A stretch of DNA of 64,000 bases. Origin: Marsupella aquatica. Taxonomy: Eukaryota; Plantae; Marchantiophyta. Position numbers and translations under genes: made by a program. This document shows, piece by piece, positions 36,701-48,300 of this stretch. The DNA lies in contig OZ316898.1 in assembly GCA_973895155.1 (NCBI GenBank), positions 10,134,286 to 10,198,285 on the forward strand, given 5' to 3'. Below the pieces are notes generated by a model. That model had not been told where the DNA came from. It did no database searches and worked only from the letters and a program-made list of their open reading frames with translations. Position 1 is the stretch's first letter. Each line of letters opens with the position of its first letter.

Positions 36701-38904
36701 TTTGCATACAACCTGCATCTTTGATCAGCTCCACCAAGCTAGAATCATTCTGTTTTGCCTGTTCCCATCGAGTAGCAATTGGAACAATTGGCACTGCTGA
36801 GTTTGATCCTAATGCCAAAACTGAGTAAAGAGGACTATCCTCATTCCCACCACCTCCTTGATTGACATTGAAACAACAAATCACACGAATTTGCTTGATG
36901 GCGCTGAGGATGTTCCAGCTTTGTACCTACCAACGAGAATTGGAGACAAAGTGCATTTGCTTCCCCGACAAGTTTGGTACATTAGAGTTGTCCTTTGAAG
37001 AGCGGTGCCAAATGAAGGGGAACAACTGTGGAGGAATGATGGTGAATTTTTGCACTAGCACAGATTGATTCATGAAGCTGGGTGAGGTTGAACTCTCGGA
37101 TTGACACACATTGATCCATGAAACTGGCTGAGGTCGAGATGGAGTGTTGTGGCCAACCCACCCCTCCTCCCAACTGCTGAGCCTTTTACTCATTTTGAAT
37201 GTTCAGAATGCAAGGTGACAAAGCAAAAAACATTGCATTTAACTACTTTTAAGCAAGCTTGACAGCTAATCCACAACCGCTTGTGGTGCTTGCTGTAACT
37301 TCCCAATTTGTCTATCTGTCGGTCTATCCAACAAGCTAATTCAAACAACCTTTTGCCTTGCTTGTAACTTCCCGTACGTAACTTCCAAATGAATGTCTCT
37401 CTGCCAAGCTAATTAAAAACCATTTTTGGACCCGGAGATTACAGCACACCCAAAAGGGAGGAGGACTAGAGCAGAGCAGCCTTGGTATTCATAACTATTT
37501 TGGCTCTGGCAACTGTCCAATCAAATTTCTCCATATCAAAGCTAATATCATCTTTGGCATGGGCAAACACAATACCCAGCTGGACCACAACTTAAGTTTA
37601 AGTTTTAACTTCAAATGAACCAAAAACTTTGACACCCAAAATGATGTGCATTCATATGAAAAAATGTGCAATAAGAGTAAAAATTTACATTTACGGTAGT
37701 CTGTGCAGGTTATGATCACTCACTCATCGGAGGATGTAGCCAAACTCTTGTCTATGAGAGCATTTGTATACATTTTGGCTTTTGTTCTAACTTCTTGATT
37801 AAGGTTACTAAGTTGTAGTTGGCTTTGAGAGGCCATCCATGTTGGTTTTCAGGCCCACAACCTGAAAATGAAAATTTCCACAAGCCTTTCCACAAGCCAA
37901 TTGTCGGTTTGGATTATATATGACAGCCCTTGTATAGAGGCATCCTGCACCTGCGATTGCCAAAAAAGCCTCGATATTGTACACAACAAGCTTCTTGCTC
38001 GTCAGTCTTTAAAGTGATATAGCTAGAGTTGAAGACGATGAACATAGATGTGATTTGTTTTCATAGGCAACACACTTGTTTATTTCCAAAGCATAAAAGT
38101 GGTAGTTGGAAAATCATGTTTGAGGGTGCCCTGAAAATGTGTTGAGGATGGGGAGGGCTGATGCAAAGAATTTTCTTGGAAAAATCACTGGAAGCCGCTG
38201 CTTGTTTGGACAAGGGTGGTGGCAGCTGCTTGGTCCTTATGCTCTTAATGGATGTTATAGGTTGATTCAATTCATCCCAATTTTGTCCCTACCCCCATTG
38301 TGGCAAAGGGGGTATGGAAGATTACCCTTATATAGTGCATTTCCATTCACCCCTTTTCCCCCCCTAGTCATGTTTTTGCAATGGGTGCAATCCATCTCAA
38401 AGGTACTCTTAGATGGTGCACTTTCATGGTCTCATTTTGGGTAGCATTGAGGTAGGCCGCCTCCCTCAAGTATAGGATAATGCAGGTCTGGTTTGGGGTT
38501 ACTAGCATGTAATCTTGTGACCAGAAAGTGAAGAAAACCTGATCGATGGTAGTCGAGAAGATTTTTGGAGCTTTCTGGTTAGAGGATTACATGCTAGTAA
38601 CCCTTGCCCACACATGCATTAGTACGCAATTTCTGCCGGGAAAGAAGTTACTTCCGGCCAACAGATTATGGGAATAGCAAGGACCTCCAAAAATGTTTAA
38701 CATGCTGGTAACCTGCCTTCTTGATATAATTTATGTTGCGTAGCAACTGTTGTAGTGTCCATAAATAGTTCAATTGGCTCCCCTACCAGTGCCCAACACA
38801 GAAGTATTGTTGCCCATAAAGAAGTCAGGGTGACTCTCACCCGCCCACCTTGCACAGAGGTTTCCGACTCTCACACCTCCTTTGTTCGCTGAGTAGTTAA
38901 CATC

Positions 38905-39535
38905 TGGCTCTAATTGTGTCTCACCTCGACTACTTGCCAAAAGTGCCCCTGAGTCCCACTCCTTGTCACCCGTAAACCTCATGGCTATCAAGCAATACCC
39001 TCCCAGATTCTTGGAGAAGGTCAGGGAGTGACAACTACAAGGGCCAGGTTCAAATAATACATCCAGGTCCCATGACAAACCCACTCTATTTTGCTGATGC
39101 CTGCTAGGTAGCTTTCCCGCTCTTACCCATCTTTTGTTGTCTCAGCAGTTAATAACCACCCCTAATTAGGTCTCACCATGACTACTTGCCCCTCTTTTGT
39201 TCCCTCAGAGGGTAAGGACTACCCCTAATCATGTCTCACCTTGACTACTTGCCGAAAAGTGTCCTGGTCACCTGTAAACCTAATGGCTCTCAAAGGGTTG
39301 GGATAATTGCACATAAAAATATGACACATGGGGGTGTAAGATATTGCTCATTATTTTATTTCAAGCAATGAGTGCACACATTATATAACACATTTGATAT
39401 GTGATTACCTAAGGGGCTCTCAAACAATACCCTCCCACATTCTTGGAGAAGGTGAGGGGGCACCGGCAATGAGGGCGAGGGTCAAGGAATAGATCTAGGT
39501 CCCATGACGAACCCACTCGATTTTGCCGACGCCCT
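38905..39535. repeat. Diverged local duplication; second copy interrupted by a 120-bp insertion
   Basis: 38918-39100 resembles 39233-39532. The insert 39295-39414 is flanked by GGCTCTCAAA twice. Confidence 0.7.
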
Positions 39536-39572
39536 CCTCAAGAGCAGTCTAGGGCACAAACTCGCTAAGGTT

Positions 39573-39580
39573 TAGGGTTT
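39573..39580 (-). promoter_or_regulatory. Telo-box (AAACCCTA) upstream of a ribosome-biogenesis gene
   Basis: TAGGGTTT within GGTTTAGGGTTTA, ~440 bp before the RSL1D1 ATG. Telo-boxes are typical of plant translation and ribosome-biogenesis promoters. Confidence 0.4.
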
Positions 39581-40016
39581 ACCAAAAGCCATTTCCTGCC
39601 AAGTGCAGCAGCTGGAATCCCCAATGTCGAGGATTTCTTGCGGTTCAGCTCCAGTGCTCTCAAGCGTTCTTGTGTCGGAGTGCTTCTTCAGACGGAGACA
39701 TCTCTCGCCGAATTGGAGCGAGGGCTTAGGGTTATCTCTGCCATGCGGTGATGGTGTTTCCAGCATTCCTCTGCCTCGGAGTGTTTATGCAGGCGAAAAA
39801 ATCACCGGAGTTGGAGGGGGTTTGAAGGCTTTCTCGGTCAGGACAGAGTTTCAAGCATTCTTCGTTGCAGTGATTTTGCAGACGGAAACATCACCCGAGC
39901 TGGAGGGGATTTGAGAAGAACCCAGCGTTCTTCGGTGATTTTGCAGACGTCAAAATCTCCCGAGTTGGAGGGGATTTGAGGTATATCTCAGCCGGGCAGT
40001 GAGGAAAGGGAGGGTC

Positions 40017-40769
40017 ATGGATAAAATTGACGAGTCAAAGGTGCAGGAGGCAGTGGAGGCGCTGTTGAAGTGGAGCAACTCTCAGAAGGCGCGGGAGAAG
40101 GCCCAGCTGTTGGAGGATGAGCAGCTCTTGTATTTGGTGATCTCGTTGAAGAAGGTCCCGGATCGAGGACGGACTAATCCTTATAAGATTCCGCTCCCAC
40201 ATCCTCTGTTTCCGCTCGATGGCACTCAGGAGGTCTGTCTCTTCGTCAATGATCTGGACAGGGGGATCAAAGCAAAGGACGCCAAGGCTAAGGTCATCGA
40301 GGAGGGGATTCCAATTGCCAAGGTGATCGGTCTCTCGAAGCTCAAGACGGATTATTATCCCCACGAAGCGAAGAGAAAGCTCTGTGGCTCATATGATTTG
40401 TTTTTAGCAGATGATCGGATACTTCCTATGCTGCCAAAGCTCTTAGGAAAGGGTTTCTTCAAGAAGAAGAAACACCCCATTCCCGTCACGTTGACAAGGC
40501 AGCAATGGAAGGGGCAAATCACATCAGCCTGTAGCTCGACTTTCCTTTACATTGGCGGTGGCTCATGTAGCGTTATAAAGGTTGCTAGAGTCTCTCAGTC
40601 TGAAGAGGAAATTAGGGAGAACATTTTGGCAGTCATCAAGGGAGCAGCCGAGTCGATCCCGAAGAAGTGGAAGGGCGTACAGGCAATCTACTTGAAAACA
40701 TTAGAATCTGTGGCACTTCCCCTGTACCGAACTCTTCCGGATTTGCCTCTGAAAATTGATAAAGTTTAG
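40017..40769 (+). CDS. RSL1D1: Ribosomal L1 domain-containing protein (Utp30/Cic1-like), intronless, 250 aa
   Basis: Motifs IPLPHPL, EVCLFVND, KLKTDY..EAKRKLCGSYDLFLADDRI..LPKLLGK.F.KKKHPIPV and IYLKT..SVALPLY. Confidence 0.9.
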   Translation: MDKIDESKVQEAVEALLKWSNSQKAREKAQLLEDEQLLYLVISLKKVPDRGRTNPYKIPLPHPLFPLDGTQEVCLFVNDLDRGIKAKDAKAKVIEEGIPIAKVIGLSKLKTDYYPHEAKRKLCGSYDLFLADDRILPMLPKLLGKGFFKKKKHPIPVTLTRQQWKGQITSACSSTFLYIGGGSCSVIKVARVSQSEEEIRENILAVIKGAAESIPKKWKGVQAIYLKTLESVALPLYRTLPDLPLKIDKV

Positions 40770-42369
40770 GTTTTAAAAATTGCGACGTGCCATGAATTCT
40801 TCACGTGTCATCTTCTTGTACAATGTGATGGGTGCTACTGTGTTCATGGGGCTCTTAGTGGTTCCCTTGTTCTGGTCGTTGTCATTTTGTTGTCTGACGA
40901 TGGTGCAAACGCATCCGGATTTGAGGGAGTGGCTGTAGCACTATACAATGTGGAATTGTGGATCCTCCTTGAAGAAAACCTAAAATCCCTGGAGTCCTTG
41001 TGGCTAGGATGTCAGGGGTCTGGCGTCAATGCTTAAGCCCCGGAAACTTTATTCTGAAATTAGTGGAGGTAACTTGATGACTTCTTTGTAGCTGCCGGGA
41101 AACCTTGCAAGTGAGAAAGCTTGGGAGTCTTTAGGTGCAGCTACTAGTTCCAAATCGTTCGGAATGAGATATGACATAGATTGTGGGTAAGGTAGACCCC
41201 TGCGCACCATAGTTGATGGGAGAGGACTGCCGTCTTCTGCCTGAGAATCACTTTCAGTTCTACTGGGTGAGGGATGGCGAATTGGGGATGGTAAGTCCCG
41301 TCCCATTGATGAAAAATGCATTGGCACTTGTGGTGGAGGATGAGCGTGAGGATTGAGGATCTCTTACAGCTGAAGGTTGTTCGCACTCTGAAATTCAAGA
41401 ATCATGATCAAGGAGTCTGGTTCTTACGTAGGAAGTACAGAGGCAGGAAGTTCATGCGGTCCATACGTCCATGCCCATCATAAGCGTACCGTAGGTCAAT
41501 TGATTACTTGGAACCTCTAAATACGGGATAGCTTGGTGCTTCGAGCCGAATGAACTGTCTGCGAGTGTTCAAGGCTGAAGTCGAGTCTCGATTTCGTTGC
41601 AAGTAGGGAGAAATCCTTTGTCAGAACAAGAACCCGAAAGCCCCCACGGTTATTTTGGACGCGGAGAAACTACCGGCAATACACTTCAGGTTATGTGTAC
41701 ACCCCACCCTAAAAGACCCTCCCAAACTAGTCATTTAAAATTAGTTGCAGGGTGCACTTGGTGTCGATGAAAGGTGTCAGTCAAACTCTTGATGAATGTA
41801 AGAGGCCGCAATGTCATGACATGTGCATTAATGGTGAGTTATCATCCGAGTGATCGTGGGAATCTTCCAACAGATTGAGGATTGTGCAAGTTTACGAGCT
41901 CTTGTGTCTCCAGCAGGTAGTATCATGTCATCCGAGAAATGTGATTTCACTTGAAGACGTCATTCGAGAAATGTGATCTCACTTGAAGACACTGCCCACA
42001 GGTAAATCTTTGCTCGCACCTCAAGAGCGCGCATCTGCCTAGGCGTAAGTGAAGGAAGTTTCAAAATTCGAGATCTTCTGTAGTTATATACCATTCTCAG
42101 TTATGAAAGCAAAAAGCGATTGGACAAGGCTTTTTAAAGCACGTTGTATACGTTGCGAAATGTCTCCAAATCATATATTTACTCTTCCCAGGTGGAACAT
42201 TACCCTATTCAAACCAATCTTTTATGGTTGTATGTTTATTCCTACATAAACTGCAAAACCTGCAAACGCTTTGGCTTCATCCCTAACTCGAGAAACCAAT
42301 TTGCGCTTCTACCATTTCAAGCCAGCGACTTGTGTTCCTGTCCTATCTGTGAATGCTTGAAGCCCTTAC

Positions 42370-45300
42370 TTACCTTTTATCAAATCGCATGTATTTGAGT
42401 GCCAAGACACCCATGATGCAGAATCCAAGGATAAAACCGAAAAGGACACACATGTCTCTTGTGCGGTAGTCGTACCTCAATGACCTTGATAATGTCAGCA
42501 CTGTCCACGTAAGCAGATTATGCTGATCTTTCAACCGTACACATTTGCAATCTGGGCAGCTTGTGAGGGAAGTGGTGCATGTATTGCAAGGTGGGTTCTC
42601 TGTGTCGCAATAAAATGCGATGGAAGTGAGCGAGTTCAGAGCATACATCGTAGGGTTGCACCAGTAAAGCCATATCCAGAAGTTCGGAATTTGGTTCCTT
42701 GGAATCATAAATCCAGACGTCATATTCCTGATTGAAAATGCACATCGCAGTCAGTAATCGTCAAGAGAGAAAACGGATGAAGTGGATTATTGACGTGCAC
42801 AGATGGGCATACATTTGAGAACCGCTTCTTGCTGTTGGGTCTAATGAGTAAAACGAATATGCTGGAAAGATTCCTAATCGTCGTGCAGAACGTTAACTCG
42901 AAATTTTCATACGGGGCCCTGGCAAGTCCTTCCATTCAGAAAGAATTGTGCCAGCTACATGATTGGTTCAGCGTATCAGTAGCGAATGAAGGACATTGAT
43001 GAGCATGTGCTTACATTTTGACTAAGATTGTGAAAATAGACTTTGCAATTAGTAGCTATAATTTAAGGAGTAGCAGCAAAAGAAGGAACATGAGTGGATA
43101 TCTTTGAGCGAGTATGATGGGACCAATTCTATTGAAGTGTACCAGAAGTTTATGATGATTGGAATAACGATTGTTGCTGTCTGCAGCACACAAATAACTC
43201 AGAATCAGATTAGAATGGGGCGATCGGGTAGGCATAAGTTTTTGAATAAAACTACAAGTAACTCAAAGCGAATAGATACCCGCTGCAGTGTATTATACTG
43301 TAGACCGTGGACAATGATATTTCATATAGGATCTTGATTCAGCCTTTGAAAGACTCTTGTTTGTTTCAGGGCAATGAGGTTAAGTTGAATCTCCTTCACT
43401 CACCTCTGCATTTGGTGTCAGCATTGCAACAAAGATACCGAAGAACGTGATGCTTGCAGCATATTCGAAGAAAACGAACCAATACTGGAAGAATTCTTTT
43501 ACATTAGCAGTTGCGATGCCCGCCATAGAAAAGCAAATTGCACAGAAGAGGAGTGTCGAGATGCACAGATAAGGAATCTGACAAAAACATATGCACCCAA
43601 AGTCACAGCATATTACGTTTCTACTGAAACTCCATGCAGCCGGTTCTTTCGTCCATCATTTGATCATGTTGACATATTATCCATTTGCGCATCTTGATTA
43701 AAGGACTTTAGTGATTTGACATGCGTTGGCCAAGGCCACTTGTCACCGGCCAAGGCCACTTGTCACCAATTCTGCAAAATTTTTGTCTGGGCTTGAACAT
43801 TAGTTGGATATTTTTGAAACAGTGAGCCTTTCCAATTTGTACAAGCGTACAACTACTGTAAACGGGAAGTCTCGTGTACCTCAGCAAGGGTCCAGGATAA
43901 GTTGTAGAGAAGCAGTGAGTACATATTAGATGCTCTTTCACGATAGTAAACAGGGCGTTCTAAATTGACCTGCAGCAATCAGCACCTTCACTCAATCCCC
44001 ACAATTGTACATGCTTTTCTCCGTCTGTTTGCTACCTCTCACAGCTTATTCTCTCGTTCGGGAGCCATAAATCGTTGGGTTTTAATTTCTTAATAACGAG
44101 ACCATTCAAGGCAAACATGAATTGAGCATGCCTTCGGATTAGTAAAAGCAGGATTCAGTCACAGGCTCAGAAACCAATTTTTTTTATTGGTAATGGATAA
44201 GACTTTCCATATACACAACCCAGCTAAACTAAAGAGACAAGTTAGAAAGAAATAGTCCAGTACAGTAAATATGCATTGCTCGATCTACGCGTGTCCTGAG
44301 AATTTCAGCAAAAAAGGGAACGCACGAAGGTCTTTATCGGTCATTCAAGAGGCAAACCATCTTGTTAAACAACTACAGACCTGTGGGATCACGTTATTTG
44401 CATTTGTGATGGCAATAAAAACGATGGACAAATATATGAGACCCAGCCTTGTGGCCATTCCAGGAGTTGTGTCGTATTTGATCTGCCATTCACAAACAGG
44501 AAGAGGATGAGGCTAATCTGGCAACGATCAGTCAATTTTATCTCTTTTGAGAGAAATCCAGAGGACTGCCATCTCCAAGTCTACAATGAACCGGAGCAAA
44601 TGGCTTAAAGACAACAATCCTCCGTGGATTCCCTTTCCCACCATCGTGAAACCTGTGTATCTAAATCTGAGAACTTTCTTTATGATATAGCAAAGGCGTC
44701 CCAAGCACTAAACAAATGATTTACAATTTGAAGATCAGGTCGACCTTCAAGTTAAGCAACCATCTTATCTGAGCAGTTCAGATTTCTCGTATCCATCAAT
44801 GACTCAACCCAAGTTAGAAGGCCAAGCAGGCATGCACCTGCCAAAATGCACTTCCAAGTAGAAGAGACAGGACGATTGCCATCATCATCCTCCCAAAACT
44901 GTCACACTAAAACCGCAGATATCAGTCTGTACATAGTTCATATACAGGATGATTCCCACTACTGTTTCGTATATACAAGCAAACAAGATCCTGCATTTAT
45001 CGACAAAATGGTCGATGCAATTTGCTTATTCCTGCAAGACATCAGTTTGGAAAGTTTGCACCACTTTTGCGAAATACAAGTCAACTTACACAGAGATCTG
45101 AACAAAAATGACCTGTAAGCAATGTTTCGCCAGTAGGTCTTGTACTGCCGTGTCACAACCGTGACGAACATCAGTTGCCAAGTTGCAGCATAGCCTTTCA
45201 CTTTAGGCTGTGGTCCCAACTTACCTTTCCCAAATCTATACGTTTCCAGGATCTCTCCTGAAGAACAGAGCATGCAAATAAAACGCTCCTAGTTTAGTTA

Positions 45301-48300
45301 AATCAGAGCTTTCTTTCCTTTCATAACCGCTTTTTCAGAACTTCAAAAAGACAAAATCGTTGAAAGACGTGTGGCTTGAAGTGACAGAACTTCCACTAGT
45401 TGTCTCATATAGCGAAATCGGGGGGTTTAGGGGTTTAATTGGTTTTTGCATATTGATAGATTTTCAAAATGCTCGACAATTGGTGCAGCATGTCAGCTAG
45501 ATATGTAGAATATACGACTTCGTATTTGATGTGTGCTTTCAGCCACCATACTCACCATTAATTTGGTTGAGAGATGATTGTTGATAGTCTAAGGCAAAAT
45601 CCCGCTCTGTACTGTGTCCAATACCTGCTCCAATTAAATCCAGCATGTATGATGCTGGATTTTGATTTTCTCCGCATCCCCGCACTCCTGGAAGAGACTG
45701 AAAGTAGGCCTGCTTCCCAACTCAACACTTCAGTCACTTGGGAGTTCGCAGATGTAAGATATTGTACATTTTAGGATTTCATAAATGCCAGCTTATATAC
45801 ATATAAAACTTGCCATTGCTGATGCTTTCATGCCATAAACTCATTTAGTAATCGGCTAGAAATCCTCTGGCAAGTCAAAGCTGGTAAGTTCGTTATGCGA
45901 GTTATTCGAGGTTTGTTTAGCGGGGAGTTAATTCCGCGTTTGAACACAGTTGTGTGGTACAGCTATTCCAGTCTGGGATATGATGAGTTATGCAAGTAAG
46001 GTATGAATTTCCCTACCAGAAGATCAACTGCATCTTGCCCAATTGGCCCAAAGTAGACAATACGGCCTCCACGCTTTAGCAGCAAAAGGTAATCAAAGGC
46101 AAGAAATAAGCGGCGGCTGGGTTGGTGGATGGTGCAGATCACAGTTCGCCCTGTTGCAACAATGCTCTTTATGCTTCTCATCACAATTTGTGCTGCACGA
46201 CTATCCAGGCCACTGGTGGGCTCATCTAGAAACAGAATACTTGGATTGGCGACCTGAAAATAACAGGAGGCCGTGTAGTGATTGCATTAATGTCAGCTTC
46301 AGAAGGACACGTGTATGCCATAAGGACGGAAACAGATCTACTTTCATTTGTTACCTACTGCGGTGTTAATATCTTTGGTGTAAGTGAGAGAACCTTACAA
46401 GTTCAACACCTATTGTGAGGCGTTTTGCTTCCTCTACTGAAAGTCCACTGTCTCCAACTTTCCCAACTAGCTTGGAAGATATTACTTCCAGCTCCAGTAC
46501 ATCCGTCACCTACGATGCAGTGTGAAATAGCTGTAAGACAATACTTGGTCATTGAGGGTTGGCTCTTTGTCTGAACTCAATGCAATAATGTGACTCGAGC
46601 CAAAATATGCAAGGGCCAATAAAGTGTCCAAAACATAATCTCAAAGGCCGCTTGGGCCAATGATTATAACAGAACGGAGAAAAACACCATCCTCATCGAA
46701 AGCGTTTAAAGTGTCTAGATTTTGTGTACTCCGTCCAGTCTCTTAAAGTGCGGTGTGGCTAGATAGACTATGAAATGTGTTGGCAGTTCTATTATTCCTC
46801 TTTTAAGCTACGAGAGATTTATAAAAAACGAAGAGTACGATATATTTCGTCCAAAGTCTACAGCCAAGATTTGCTTGACAAAGGCACCCTTGCACATACC
46901 TCTTTCACAAACTGGTTCCGGTCACTGCCAGTGGGAAGTCTTAATGCGGCACTAAAGTGCAGTGATTCCTTCACAGTGATATATGGTGTGTGGATGTCAT
47001 TTTGCTCCACATATCTGAATCCGACAACAACAATAGATGCTCATCAGAAAAAGCCACTGCTGTAGCCCAGCCCATCTTGCAATGTACTGTATCAGACCAG
47101 AGAACTAATACACTGCTCTCTGCCTACCCTGATATCCTCGCGAAGGTTGCTTTCTCTTTTGGATAGCCGTTGACAAGAATTTCGCCTGTCATTCTTCCTA
47201 TGGTTTTACGGCCAGCTAGAACATCTAGAAGTGTCGTTTTCCCTGCACCACTGCTGCCCATCAGTGCTGTCAATGTGCCTGGCTTAGCATAAGCTGAAAC
47301 ACCAGCCAGTAGCAACCTTGGATCCTTCGCTCCCGGTACAATCACCTACGAAATTAAGTGGACCAGTAAGTTTTGTGCAGAAGGATATTCTTTAGGAGAT
47401 AGAAGGCACGTACAGCAAGATGCCATAAAGACCACTGAATCTTCTTCACTTGGAAAACCTGAACAGATTAAGCAAGAAGTGTTCGCGGATCAAATGCAAC
47501 AGAGCTCTTGTCAGGTATTCTGCTGTACAATACAGGCAGTCAAGAACGAGATAATTGGTCAGAGCTTACTATTCTGAGTTCTCCATGGAAAGGGAGTTCA
47601 GACCTCATACGTAAGTTGGTGAAATGATAGTATCGTCGGTACAAACTTGACAATAATATTATTGCCTTTCGCGATTTCAGCTTCACCACCGTTCCCTCTT
47701 TCCATGGTTGACAAATCATCAGCTTGGGGCCTTTTTGATACAGATTCGATGCGCATGGACTGCTGTCCTTCAAGTATGCTCTTCTTTGCAGCAAGCATCC
47801 TAGAAGCTGATGGTAGCTTCACCTGTCATATTGAACATGCACGATGGGTCACCTCCAATTTCTCTCGCGTGTTTTGAATTTCTTGATCAAATTTTGAATC
47901 TTTTGGCAAATAAAAAAACACAAGAAACGTGGATGAGAAAAACCAGGTTAGGACAACCTCTTCATGTCGCAGCTTCGACGTGGTGTAGAATGTCAGAAGG
48001 GTGAAAAAGACGTAATACAAAGAAAGTATGATAACAGGAATCCAAACACCACGCAGGAATGTTGTAGGAAATCCATACAGATCAAGGTATGCCTGCCCAA
48101 CGCGGAAGTCCATGCGTGGCAGGCAGTAAACCAGATCTGCGCTGCAAGGCTACACAAATTGAGAGGTTAGCTGGTTGATTTATGCCCCGAAAGAGGAATT
48201 CCTACGAGCTACCACGAAAGACAACTATTGTCACCGGTGAGATGAAATTTTTGATAGAAGAAATGCTCGGTACACTTGTAGAGCGTCAGCTTGTTTTCTT

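Noticed and set aside
41049-41700. Possible minus-strand gene fragment between RSL1D1 and ABCG
   Set aside because: Short, interrupted, and no recognisable domain.
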